Shown here piece after piece: positions 39,800 through 49,735 of a stretch of 64,000 nucleotides of DNA (position 1 is the stretch's first letter; each line of letters opens with the position of its first letter). A model generated the notes under the pieces. That model saw only the letters and a list, made by a program, of their open reading frames with translations. It had not been told where the DNA came from and did not search any database. Source of the stretch: an uncultured bacterium (GTDB lineage: Bacteria; Patescibacteriota; Minisyncoccia; Phycocordibacterales; PALSA-1337); NCBI GenBank assembly GCA_963701025.1, contig OY969557.1, positions 801,953 to 865,952 on the forward strand. The letters run 5' to 3'. A program made the position numbers and the translations under genes.

Positions 39800-40670
39800 G
39801 GTCACTCGTATCGGTGCCGATGAGGAACCATCGCTTGGGCGCGATCACAACCGAGCCGGGCTTACTATCGAGCCAGGATCCCCACCAAGAAAAAGTGCTG
39901 TTCGCGATTATATGATGGTGGCACAAGCTCATTAGGATCATTTCTTCGATGTCGGTCGCCCCCTGTCCGGAGACAATGACGCGGGGAAAAAGCGAAGATA
40001 GATTCTCCTCGACCCATGGCGCATCGTCGGAGAAGATGTAGTACACCGGGTCTTTGACAAACTCGGCGATCTTCGCGACGGCAGCTATGTAATATCCGGT
40101 CGGAGGCGTCCCGTATTTCTTGGCGGAATGTGGCACACTCACATTGTCCCCCCGACGCACATGCAGCGATATCGGCGTGCCGCGCTTCTCGCCGTCGATC
40201 AGACCTCTCAATGCCAAGCCGCTCTCGGTCCAGCTACTGAGCGAGAATTCCTCGCGCATCGTTTCGGCGGCATCGACAAAATATTTTTCCGATTGCCAGT
40301 CTCCGATGAATAGGACGTCATCACCCGCATCCAAGATTTCCGGGCAATACGTGAAGCGCGGCTCCAGGATGATCCGCTTCTTGGAGAGCGGCAGGCGCGA
40401 TTCCCACATGCGAAATAGCCTCCTCCGGATGCGGGATAATATGTCCGCCGCATCGAACGGCGGCAGGCCGAGCTGGCGCATCTCCCGAGGCGATATCAGA
40501 TCCGCGGATATTCTGAAAGCGTCCAGTTGATATTTTCTGAATTCCGGATGAGTGCCGTATCTAGAAACATCGATTTTTAGCTCGGTGCCACGGCGCATGG
40601 AGAGAGCCTTGCCAAAGGCGTATTGGAACATCTGATTGCCGAGCCCTCCGGATAGTCTGACGATGATCAT
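39771..40670 (-). CDS. Alpha-1,2-fucosyltransferase (GT11)
   Basis: GGLGNQMFQYA, HVRRGD, IIANSTFSWW. Confidence 0.92.
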   Translation of the reverse strand: MIIVRLSGGLGNQMFQYAFGKALSMRRGTELKIDVSRYGTHPEFRKYQLDAFRISADLISPREMRQLGLPPFDAADILSRIRRRLFRMWESRLPLSKKRIILEPRFTYCPEILDAGDDVLFIGDWQSEKYFVDAAETMREEFSLSSWTESGLALRGLIDGEKRGTPISLHVRRGDNVSVPHSAKKYGTPPTGYYIAAVAKIAEFVKDPVYYIFSDDAPWVEENLSSLFPRVIVSGQGATDIEEMILMSLCHHHIIANSTFSWWGSWLDSKPGSVVIAPKRWFLIGTDTSDLIPDGWIQI

Positions 40671-40674
40671 GGCA

Positions 40675-41673
40675 TTATGCTGTTTTAGGTTTGAGCATGG
40701 CTTCGTCCTCATTACTCCATGGCCGCCGGTAATATTCCTTGTATTGATGATCGAACGCCGAAGCGGGACCCCAATTGCCCTCGGCTTCCTCGCTCAGATC
40801 GAACCATCGCCTGACCGTATAGCCATTCGCCATGAAAAGGAATGCCAGGGCCGTGTCCATGGACCAGTGCATGCGCGAATCAAGAGCGTCCGCGAGCTTA
40901 TGTAGATTCTTCGCCACATCGCTCCGCATGCACTCCAAGAACGATTCAGTATGAAATATGGATCCTCCGGAGCCGGCAAAGCCGTTCCATTCCGTTCCCG
41001 GAAAGCGCTTGTTGACGTACTCGCGGACGGATGTCACTAGCTGTTTCCGGTATCTCCGCATCGGCGCCCCGCCCCCTTGTCCCGCGAGGTGAGCGTTCGG
41101 GTACTTGCTTATGCGGTCGCGCGTCCTGATATCGTCCTCCATGATCAGCATCCATTGAGGGTTTTTGCAGGCCGCGCATGCATCGGCCACCCGGGCGAAC
41201 CAATCCATGATGTCAGTAGCCTCATAGCCGAGCTCTTTTTCCGCATATTGGTAATGGCAATTGAAATGGGCCGCTATATCGACCAGATCTACTCCGTGAT
41301 CCGAGACGAGATACACAGGCGTTTTTGGATACAGAGCCCTGAAGGATCTCAAACATTCAAAAGTGGCTTTTTTGTGGTCGAACGTTTGGTAGAAGACCCC
41401 GAAATCTAAGTCTATGTATGATTTCTGCTCATTTCCCCGATCTTTTGAATATTCCTCGAACTTCTGGTGCTTCGAAAGGTAATACCTCTCTTGGGCGAGA
41501 TATGTCTCCCGGTCGACAAACTTCAAACCGCCTTTGTATTCCGCGTACTTCGGTTCGGGAAGCTTGAGACTGGCACCGACGATGGTATTGCGCAACCGTC
41601 TCAAAACAGGCCATGGGTCCGGCCCGAATCTCCTCTTGACGAAGCCCGTTGCCTTTTTTATGAAAGTTAACAT
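40675..41673 (-). CDS. Putative glycosyltransferase (GT-A-like)
   Basis: YLVSDHG and LIMEDD motifs; within the glycan operon. Confidence 0.6.
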   Translation of the reverse strand: MLTFIKKATGFVKRRFGPDPWPVLRRLRNTIVGASLKLPEPKYAEYKGGLKFVDRETYLAQERYYLSKHQKFEEYSKDRGNEQKSYIDLDFGVFYQTFDHKKATFECLRSFRALYPKTPVYLVSDHGVDLVDIAAHFNCHYQYAEKELGYEATDIMDWFARVADACAACKNPQWMLIMEDDIRTRDRISKYPNAHLAGQGGGAPMRRYRKQLVTSVREYVNKRFPGTEWNGFAGSGGSIFHTESFLECMRSDVAKNLHKLADALDSRMHWSMDTALAFLFMANGYTVRRWFDLSEEAEGNWGPASAFDHQYKEYYRRPWSNEDEAMLKPKTA

Positions 41674-43739
41674 TTTTTTCTGGTCCCGTTCCGCTTGAAG
41701 AATTCCCGGTATCTCTCCTTGTTTTCCATAAGGTATCTCGGCAATCCACGCTCGCTGACCCACAGTTTCACGTTTCGCCCTTTGTAATCATAATTATTCT
41801 CGACCGCAATGTCTATCTTTTTGATTGTCTCGGGTGTCCCGTAGAACGGATGGTCTGACTCATTGAGCTTCCGTCTTGCCCCTTCAAGCCCCCCCTGAAA
41901 AGTAAAATGCCAACCTCCGTCTGATAGGATCACGTGGCGGGTCTTCTTCCTTCTCTTGAGGTCATCCAAGTACCCGTCCTTGATGTTCTTATATTTTGTT
42001 ACGATGGTGCCGGTCCAACCGCTCCAATGCTCGTCTGATCGGTTGTTGAGGTAGTACATGTATCCCTTTTGTCTCAACTTGAAAATATCGTCGCTAGAAT
42101 AGTCTATGAGGAGCTCCGGGTTCCAGATCTCGTCTAGGTCGGAGACATAGCATATATCGTTGTCATCCAGGCCGACCAGCGCTTTCCTTACGGATTCTTT
42201 TATATAACCTTCCCTGATCCAATGATAAGGGATCGTATCCGCGTTATCCACCGAGAGTAAGCATTCCATGATATGCCGATCTATCTTAGCCAGATCGCGG
42301 CCCTCGCTGAGCCTCCTTCTCATGTCATCCACGCTTTTGGGGATATTTGTTACCGCTAGATAGATTATCTTATGCTTCCATTTTTCAAATCGTGCCTCAT
42401 TTTCTTTGAAATATAGCGGTTTAGGGCGTCCGGAGTGAGTCTCCGAAGCTTCTACGATAACGAAAAAGTCGACATATGGGTCAAGTATGGATAATCGTAT
42501 CTCGAGTAGGTCTAGTTCATTGAAAAAAGTGAATATATCGTATATTTTGATCTTTTTCCTGTATTCCGCGATTTCCTCCGGAGCATGCCATGTCTTTTTC
42601 GTCCGGTATTCATCAATGAGTTCCGGTATCGTCTCTCTAAGGTGTAGGATTTTCTTGGCGATCCTTTTTACGTTCTTCGTCAGCTTAAAAATCGATATTT
42701 TGAGCGCCCTCATGCATAAGGCGTCCATACGGTCCTTGATCCATATCGCTCCGCGCAATCCTCTGGTGCGAACTATCCAGCCGAACGCGTAGACCGCGGA
42801 TGTGTCTTTGCGGATGGTGTTGAATATGTTCCAAATATTTCGTATCCCCCTAGCGACCGGTCTGGCAGGAGTCGATCCGTCCGGAGATGTCGCGTACATG
42901 CCCTTATGTGCCAGCATATATTGGTCGAGCTCCTTTATGCATTGATCGTAGTCATACAAATTTCCCTTGCGGTCAAGGTACATCCATCCCTTGGTGACGT
43001 TATATCCCAGGCTCCAGAAGCCGTCGGAGATGTTATGTCTGCCCCAATATTTTGGTGCTATACAATATTTCAGCCTGGTGCTCGTCCATGCAGGGAACCA
43101 GGCGAAGCTAGAATTCGACAGGATCAAATAATGCGCGTTCTTGATAACGGAATAATCCTTGCCGATGCTCCAATGGAATACCTCGAAATTGGGAAAGAAC
43201 CTCCTGGCGGTCTTCACATCATCGGTGACGACTATGAATCTGAAGCTAGGGTTCACGGCGCGCATCAGCGCTATGGCGTTCTTCCAATATCTGCGTGGCA
43301 GGAAAAAATCCACATCGAAGATATATCCGCCACCCCTGAAGTTTATGACGCAGATATCGTCGCCAGAATAGTCCGTGCAATCGTATGCCTTTCTTACGCT
43401 GAGCCACTGTCTGATCTCGCCCTTCCTATGGGCGATGTATCGCTCATCCTGCATATAGCCTTCGATCTCGGTGCGGTCCGGCACATTCACCAGCTTCTCA
43501 TCGTACGTGCGTATATCGGATCTGTTCAAAGGATGGATGATCGACTGCTCCGAATAGCGGTGCCTAATGCCCTCGACTGGCTTACCGAAATCGATATCCA
43601 TGAAACTGTCGCCCTTGAACCTTTCCGGTGATTTGATGCCGAAGTCATAGCCTTTGTCCTTGGCTATGACCCTCGTCGCTATGTAACACCAGAGCTGGTT
43701 ACCGAGGCCCTGGCCGTCATGCAGCTCGGTGATGATCAT
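41667..43739 (-). CDS. GT11-like domain fused to GT17 (GnT-III-like) domain
   Basis: GQGLGNQL...LSNSSFAW; then DIFTFFNELDLLEIRL, SDLDEI, GGWHF. Confidence 0.8.
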   Translation of the reverse strand: MIITELHDGQGLGNQLWCYIATRVIAKDKGYDFGIKSPERFKGDSFMDIDFGKPVEGIRHRYSEQSIIHPLNRSDIRTYDEKLVNVPDRTEIEGYMQDERYIAHRKGEIRQWLSVRKAYDCTDYSGDDICVINFRGGGYIFDVDFFLPRRYWKNAIALMRAVNPSFRFIVVTDDVKTARRFFPNFEVFHWSIGKDYSVIKNAHYLILSNSSFAWFPAWTSTRLKYCIAPKYWGRHNISDGFWSLGYNVTKGWMYLDRKGNLYDYDQCIKELDQYMLAHKGMYATSPDGSTPARPVARGIRNIWNIFNTIRKDTSAVYAFGWIVRTRGLRGAIWIKDRMDALCMRALKISIFKLTKNVKRIAKKILHLRETIPELIDEYRTKKTWHAPEEIAEYRKKIKIYDIFTFFNELDLLEIRLSILDPYVDFFVIVEASETHSGRPKPLYFKENEARFEKWKHKIIYLAVTNIPKSVDDMRRRLSEGRDLAKIDRHIMECLLSVDNADTIPYHWIREGYIKESVRKALVGLDDNDICYVSDLDEIWNPELLIDYSSDDIFKLRQKGYMYYLNNRSDEHWSGWTGTIVTKYKNIKDGYLDDLKRRKKTRHVILSDGGWHFTFQGGLEGARRKLNESDHPFYGTPETIKKIDIAVENNYDYKGRNVKLWVSERGLPRYLMENKERYREFFKRNGTRKKC

Positions 43740-45016
43740 GCGCGACTTTCAGCGAACGAGCAAGGGACAAGGTGCGAAGGGGTATGCTTGTCCGGCATCG
43801 ATGACAGGCCGAAAGCCCCATGGTCGTCTCCGACATCGATCTCGCACGCTTGTTTGACTTCATCCTGGCTGGAGCCATTCGCGGACAGGAAAATATCGAC
43901 GGAATATCTGCCAGCCTTGAGATCGATCGCACCGGTCTCGCAGACGATAGTTCCTTTCTCTCCGAGTGCGTCCCCTATGGTCTTTTGAGTGAGCTTGCTA
44001 TCGAACCGGAGCGCGGTCTGTTGGGATGCAGTGAATATGGATATGGCGGTTTGCGGCGAATGCATAGGCTTTCCGCTCCGGTTCTCATAGTCCAGCTCTA
44101 TCCTCAAGCGGCAAGCACTGGATATCGATGCCGTGGTATCGGCGTTAGACACGCGGATAGCAGTGAATCGAGCTGCTCCGGCTCCCATGCGGCTCTCTTT
44201 GTTCCAATCCGCGTCCGTGGCCTTGTTAAAGTTTGATCCGCTATTCAGATATGCCCCTACGATCTGGTTCGTTTCGCCGATATCCTTGATCCTGCCGTTT
44301 TCGAGCCAGATCGTCTTTTTGCACAGGCTCTCAATAGCCGCCATGTTATGGCTGACGAAGAGTATAGTCCGGCCGTCCTTCTGGGTGACTTCCTGCATCT
44401 TGCCGAGGCATTTCTTTTGGAATTCGGCGTCGCCCACGGCTAGGACCTCGTCGATGATGAGGATGTCAGGCTCCATGTGGGCCGCCACGGAGAAAGCCAG
44501 ACGGACGTACATGCCGCTCGAGTATCGCTTGACGGGGGTGTCGAGGAATTTTCCTATGCCGGAGAACTCGACGATGGCGTCGAACTTCTTGGCTATCTCG
44601 CCGCGCCTCATGCCGAGGATCGCGCCGTTCAGAAATATGTTCTCTCGGCCGGTCAATTCCGGATGGAAACCGGTGCCGACTTCGAGGAGCGACCCGACGC
44701 GCCCGCGCAGGACGATCTCGCCCTCCGTCGGTGGGGTGATCTGGCTCAATATCTTGAGCAGAGTCGACTTGCCGGCGCCGTTCCGGCCTATGATGCCGAT
44801 GACCTCGCCCTTATCGACTTTGAAACTGACATTCTTGAGCGCCCAGAAATCCTCGCGTTTCTCCAATCCCACCGCTCGCTTTGCTTTGGTCTTGGCGAAA
44901 GCGAACGGCCGACGCATGACGTTCGCCAGGACATCGCGCAAGGTCACGTATCTGCCGCGCTCATGAGAGATGAGGTATCGCTTACCCAGGTTCTTGACTT
45001 CTATTATAGGTTGCAT
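43736..45016 (-). CDS. wzt: Polysaccharide ABC transporter ATPase with C-terminal Wzt_C domain
   Basis: GRNGAGKST, YSSGM, IIDEVL. Confidence 0.95.
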   Translation of the reverse strand: MQPIIEVKNLGKRYLISHERGRYVTLRDVLANVMRRPFAFAKTKAKRAVGLEKREDFWALKNVSFKVDKGEVIGIIGRNGAGKSTLLKILSQITPPTEGEIVLRGRVGSLLEVGTGFHPELTGRENIFLNGAILGMRRGEIAKKFDAIVEFSGIGKFLDTPVKRYSSGMYVRLAFSVAAHMEPDILIIDEVLAVGDAEFQKKCLGKMQEVTQKDGRTILFVSHNMAAIESLCKKTIWLENGRIKDIGETNQIVGAYLNSGSNFNKATDADWNKESRMGAGAARFTAIRVSNADTTASISSACRLRIELDYENRSGKPMHSPQTAISIFTASQQTALRFDSKLTQKTIGDALGEKGTIVCETGAIDLKAGRYSVDIFLSANGSSQDEVKQACEIDVGDDHGAFGLSSMPDKHTPSHLVPCSFAESRA

Positions 45017-45022
45017 GGCTTT

Positions 45023-45868
45023 TTACACGACATCGGCGAAATAGCGTTCGACTCTCTTGAAGACGTATATGCCGATGAAAAGCAGGACCCCACAGCCGAT
45101 GACGGATCCGCCGATCTGCAGCCAGTTGACCTGTGCCGTGCCGAGGAGTACCGCCCGGGCATTATTGACCACGCCGGTCATCGGGTTCAGTGCCAGGAGT
45201 TTCGACCATTTTCCGGCTATAGATGAAGGATATATGACCGGAGTCAGGAATATGAGCATCTGCATGAAGTACGGCAGGACATAACGGACGTCGCGATATT
45301 TGACGTTTATGGCCGCCAGGAACAGGCCCAGTCCCTCAGCGCACATGGCGGTGATGATGAGCAGTATCGGGACGACGACGAGGCTTTCCCAGCTGGGGGC
45401 TATATGATAGTAGACCATCAGGCCAGCCAAGATGACCGCGGAAATAGCGAAGTCTACGAACTTAGTGACGACCGCCGCCACTGGTATGATCAAGCGTGGG
45501 AAGTAGACCTTGGTGATGATGGCTTGATTGCCCACCAGAGAATTGCTGACGTCGCCGAGAGAGTCGGAGAACAGTTGCCAGAAAAGAAGGCCGGTGTAGA
45601 CGAATATCGGATAAGGAACGTTGTCGGAAGGCATTTTGGCCAGACTGCCGAAGAATACGGAGAATATGACCATGGCCACGAAGGGTTGTATGACCGCCCA
45701 CATTATGCCGATGAATGTCTGCTTGTAGCGCACCTTGAGGTCGCGCCAGCTGAAAAAGTACAATAGCTCGCGGTAGAGCCATATTTCCTTGAGGTCCCGT
45801 ATATGGAAAAGTTTTTTTGGCCTGATGACCGTTACGGTAGCAGTCGAGGAGTCTGACATACCGGCCAT
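45023..45868 (-). CDS. wzm: Polysaccharide ABC transporter permease
   Basis: RDLKVRYKQT, KVYFPR, LNPM. Confidence 0.95.
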   Translation of the reverse strand: MAGMSDSSTATVTVIRPKKLFHIRDLKEIWLYRELLYFFSWRDLKVRYKQTFIGIMWAVIQPFVAMVIFSVFFGSLAKMPSDNVPYPIFVYTGLLFWQLFSDSLGDVSNSLVGNQAIITKVYFPRLIIPVAAVVTKFVDFAISAVILAGLMVYYHIAPSWESLVVVPILLIITAMCAEGLGLFLAAINVKYRDVRYVLPYFMQMLIFLTPVIYPSSIAGKWSKLLALNPMTGVVNNARAVLLGTAQVNWLQIGGSVIGCGVLLFIGIYVFKRVERYFADVV

Positions 45869-46033
45869 ACTAGCATGAAGCGTGCGTTTTGTTGAGAGAT
45901 TGCGGCGAAGCGCCTATGCTGATACAATTCTTCGCATTCCTGTCTCTCCATGGTTTGCGACCAAGAGAGTTCCTGCCCAGGAGAGGTTATCATCTACCTA
46001 AGAGGCTTCAAGCTTGATTGAAGTAAACTGAAT

Positions 46034-46579
46034 ATGCCAGATAAATTGCGGCACGTGAACCGTGCCCTTTGGTTGTACGCGCTTTGCGCGTTGGCCATTA
46101 TACCGATAACGACTTTTGCCACAGCCAGACATTATGATTCCAAATTCAGAATCATTTATTCGTTAGATAAGAGAAATAACGACCAGGAAATCATCCGCCT
46201 CATCAACGGCGCCGACCGTTATGTCTATTTTGCCGTCTATTATTTCACCAAGACCGACATCGCCGACGCTCTGATCAGGGCCAAGCAGCGGGGCGTGGTC
46301 GTCTGGGGTATCACCGACGCGGCCGCCGGCCTCGACAGCAACAAGAATGTCATGGATCTCCTGCGCGCCGCCGGCATCAGCGTGGAGACGCAGAAGCACC
46401 AAGACGGCATTATGCACATAAAGGCCGTCGTGACCGACAAAGCTTATGCCTCCGGCAGCTACAATTGGACGGATTCTGCCACGGAAGCCAACGATGAGAT
46501 CCTGGAGATCGGCACCGACAAGGCCGTGCACGATCAGTATCTCGCCATTATCAAAAAAGTATTAACGGTCAATCAATGA
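46034..46579 (+). CDS. Phospholipase D/Nuc-family protein, secreted or anchored
   Basis: Single HxKxxxxD motif (HIKAVVTD) plus GSYNWT. Confidence 0.88.
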   Translation: MPDKLRHVNRALWLYALCALAIIPITTFATARHYDSKFRIIYSLDKRNNDQEIIRLINGADRYVYFAVYYFTKTDIADALIRAKQRGVVVWGITDAAAGLDSNKNVMDLLRAAGISVETQKHQDGIMHIKAVVTDKAYASGSYNWTDSATEANDEILEIGTDKAVHDQYLAIIKKVLTVNQ

Positions 46580-46585
46580 ATATCA

Positions 46586-47023
46586 ATGAATATGAAGTAT
46601 ACTTTGATCGTGATACCCGCGGCTGTCGTCTTGCTGGCGATCGGATATTGGTTAGTATCCGGCAGAGGTGACGACGGAGCCATGATCCGTCCATCGGTCA
46701 ATAGATCCGCCGCGGGTTCCGGCGCTTCCGCTTCAGGTACGGTAAATGAATACGACTATACTGAAGCGCCCGATCATATCGGCGAGCGCGCTACTATCAT
46801 CGGCACAGTAGTAAGGACCTTCACCGCCAAAAGCGGGGTGACCTTCTTCGATTTCTGCCAGAGCTTCGACGATTGTCCCTTCTCCGCCGTGATCTTTGCG
46901 TCAGACTTAGAAAAGTTCGGAGACTTGACGCGATATGAGCGCGCCGTCAAGATCACCGGTGTCATTAGATCCTACCAGGGCAAGGCGGAAGTAGCGCTGA
47001 ATGATCCGGATCAGATTGAGTAA
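46586..47023 (+). CDS. Membrane-anchored OB-fold protein
   Basis: TM helix; FSAVIF...ITGVIRSYQGKAEV. Confidence 0.7.
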   Translation: MNMKYTLIVIPAAVVLLAIGYWLVSGRGDDGAMIRPSVNRSAAGSGASASGTVNEYDYTEAPDHIGERATIIGTVVRTFTAKSGVTFFDFCQSFDDCPFSAVIFASDLEKFGDLTRYERAVKITGVIRSYQGKAEVALNDPDQIE

Positions 47024-47047
47024 GAAGCTTGATGTTTCGGCCCATGA

Positions 47048-49372
47048 TTGAGTATTTGCGGGGAATCTTGTATGATGTCCTTCATCATGCCCATAAAGTC
47101 CATAACCCGATTCATGTCGCTCGCCGCCCTGTTCCTCGTCCCGTTCTTCTCGCTCATAGTCGCCAATTCGTTCTTCTTCCCGTTCATCACCGGCAAAGCC
47201 TTCTATTTCCGGGCTCTGGTGGAGATCGCTTTCGCTTCATGGGTCGTCCTGGCCTTCCTCGACGCCAAGTACCGTCCGAAGCTGAATGCTCTTACCGTCG
47301 GCATCACCGTGTTCGCCCTGGTCACGCTCGTCGCGGACCTCCTCGGCGTCAACCCGATCCGCAGCCTCTGGTCCAACTTCGAGCGCATGGAAGGCTGGAT
47401 CACGGTCGTCCATCTCTGGATGTTCTTCATGGTGGCAAGCGGCGTCCTCGGCGCGATGTCCTCCGACGGCCCGGAAGGCAAGAAGCTCTGGCACCGTTGG
47501 ATGAACGTTGAACTGGCCGTGGCGTTGCTCGTGGCCGGCTACGGCCTCTTCCAGCTCTTCGGCTGGGCGGCCATACACCAGGGCTCTTCGCGCATCGACG
47601 CCTCTCTCGGCAATGCCGCCTACATGGCCGTGTACATGCTCCTAAACGCCGGCATCGCCGTATATCTATTCTGCGAATCGAATCTAAAAGCTAGGTGGGT
47701 CTATGTCGTTCTGGCCGTTCTCTTCTCTTTCGAGCTCTACGAGACCGCCACCCGCGGCACTATACTCGGCCTTGTCGGCGGCATCATGGTGGCTCTGGCC
47801 GCTTATGCCGTATTCGCCCGGAATAAGAGTACAAATGGCGTCGCAGGCGCGAATGGCACCTCCGGCCAGCCGGCGATCAGCCGATCGCGATGGATATCCG
47901 GAAGCATCGTCGCCGTGGTCGTCGTGCTCATACTGGCTTTCATCGGTCTCCGCCACCAACCGTTCATAGAGAATAATCCCGTCCTCGGCCGCCTGGCCAG
48001 CATATCCCTCTCATCGAGCGAAACAACCGCCCGTCTCTATATCTGGCAGTCGGCTCTTACGGGCTGGAGCCAGAGACCGGTGCTCGGCTGGGGCCAGGAG
48101 AATTTCAACTATATCTTCAACGCCAATTACAATCCGGCCATGTGGAGCCAGGAACAGTGGTTCGACCGGGCACACAGCGTCTATCTCGACTGGTTGACAG
48201 CCTCTGGCGTTGTCGGTCTCATCTCGTATCTCGCCCTGTATGTTCTCTTCCTGTTCGCCGTCTGGAAGTCGACGCTCACGGTCGCGGAGAAGAGCGCCCT
48301 TACAGGACTTCTCGCCGGCTACGCCATACATAACATTTTTGTTTTCGACAACTTGGCGAGTTATGTCCTCTTCTTCGCCTTGCTGGCTTTCGCCGCATCT
48401 CTTGCTGGAAAAATGCCGGCATCGCCAGGCGCCTCGGCTGGCGCTTCATCCATGATGCCGAAGATCCTCGGCGGCACGCGAGCCATAGGCGCCGAAGTCA
48501 TCGAGTATGTCGTCGCTCCGGCCGCCATCATAGTCCTTATCGCCGGTCTCTACTGGTTCACCTGGCGACCGATACAGGAGAATACTCGCCTGATCGCCGC
48601 TCTAATATCCTGCTCGGGCAGTTCGTCCGGATCCCTGCCAGATCCATCCTTTTTCCAGAACGCCTTGGACGTCGGTGCCTATGTCGGCGATCAAGAGATA
48701 CGCGAACAGCTCCTGTCATGCGCCGGCAGTGTCATCCCGAGCCAGGCTGTCCCTGATCCGACCAAGCAAGCCTTCTTCACCCTCGCCATGGATGCCATAG
48801 CGGCCCAAGTCGCCGCTACGCCGAAAGACGCCCGCATATACACGTTGGCAGGATCTTTCCTAGACCAAGTCGGCGCTTTCTCCCAAGCGGAGCCTATCCT
48901 GATCGATGCCCATCTCCTCTCCCCGGCGAAGCAGACCATCGACTTCGAGCTCGGCAATGATTACATAAATGAAGGCAAGATAAGCCAGGCGGTGGAGATA
49001 TTCAAGCAAGCATACGAGTCCGCCACCGACGATACCGATGCCAGGACCGGCTATGCCACCGTCCTCGTCATAGCGGGCCAAGATGCCCAAGCTCACGCTC
49101 TCTTCGGCGACGATCCGTCGCTGTTCGAGACGCCCGGCATGGCCCAAGCCTATGCCGCCGCCAGGGAGTATCCGAAAGCCATCGCCATATATCAGTCTCT
49201 CATCGGCACTTCCACCGACAATATCGATCTCCAACTCAAGCTGGCCCAGACGCAATATGCCGCCGGCATGGTCAGCGCCGCCGTGGCCACCCTGAAGCTC
49301 ATAGAAAAGAACCATCCCGAATATACGACCCAGCTCGACGCCGCTATCCAACAGGCAGAAACCGGGAAATAG
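47048..49372 (+). CDS. O-antigen ligase/oligosaccharyltransferase-like membrane protein with TPR tail
   Basis: LGNAAY, TRG, RPVLGWGQENF, FDRAHS; many TM helices. Confidence 0.85.
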   Translation: MSICGESCMMSFIMPIKSITRFMSLAALFLVPFFSLIVANSFFFPFITGKAFYFRALVEIAFASWVVLAFLDAKYRPKLNALTVGITVFALVTLVADLLGVNPIRSLWSNFERMEGWITVVHLWMFFMVASGVLGAMSSDGPEGKKLWHRWMNVELAVALLVAGYGLFQLFGWAAIHQGSSRIDASLGNAAYMAVYMLLNAGIAVYLFCESNLKARWVYVVLAVLFSFELYETATRGTILGLVGGIMVALAAYAVFARNKSTNGVAGANGTSGQPAISRSRWISGSIVAVVVVLILAFIGLRHQPFIENNPVLGRLASISLSSSETTARLYIWQSALTGWSQRPVLGWGQENFNYIFNANYNPAMWSQEQWFDRAHSVYLDWLTASGVVGLISYLALYVLFLFAVWKSTLTVAEKSALTGLLAGYAIHNIFVFDNLASYVLFFALLAFAASLAGKMPASPGASAGASSMMPKILGGTRAIGAEVIEYVVAPAAIIVLIAGLYWFTWRPIQENTRLIAALISCSGSSSGSLPDPSFFQNALDVGAYVGDQEIREQLLSCAGSVIPSQAVPDPTKQAFFTLAMDAIAAQVAATPKDARIYTLAGSFLDQVGAFSQAEPILIDAHLLSPAKQTIDFELGNDYINEGKISQAVEIFKQAYESATDDTDARTGYATVLVIAGQDAQAHALFGDDPSLFETPGMAQAYAAAREYPKAIAIYQSLIGTSTDNIDLQLKLAQTQYAAGMVSAAVATLKLIEKNHPEYTTQLDAAIQQAETGK

Positions 49373-49477
49373 CGTCGATTTAACTCGGCTCTCCGCCAGC
49401 CGGCGGATCCACCATTTGAGCCGAGTTTCTCCACAGCGCGGCTTGATTTCCGGACAAAAAGGCGCTATACTCGGGCC

Positions 49478-49700
49478 GTGAGTACCCAGGTGGGCACTCT
49501 CCAATAAATGTCTCGCAAAGTGCCGCCCTCGGCGGCCTTTTGCGTTAAGCCCCTCTCATTCATTGCGCCGCCGGAAGGCCGCGAGTATAATGGACGCAGA
49601 TTGCTCCTAGTGACGGCGAGCGGCTGTACTCACATTATATTTAGACATATTATTTGGAGCTCACACCCGCTCGCCATCATTCGGCGCAATCGCGCGTGAG
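49478..49700 (+). ncRNA. Candidate pair of small structured RNAs upstream of murB
   Basis: Two tandem sigma70 promoters, an internal terminator, a long hairpin and mutual complementarity (see findings). Confidence 0.4.
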
Positions 49701-49735
49701 ACAGGATGGCAGACCAGGCATCGGGGCAGATTTCG

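Noticed and set aside
45920-46030. Short hairpins upstream of the PLD gene as a possible ncRNA
   Set aside because: Stems are short, no family motif is recognisable, and support is too weak.
49386-49398. CGGCTCTCCGCCA matches the TR/VR 3' end, suggesting a second VR
   Set aside because: Only 13 nt match, upstream sequence does not align with the TR, it is intergenic, and it overlaps the 16-bp palindrome.
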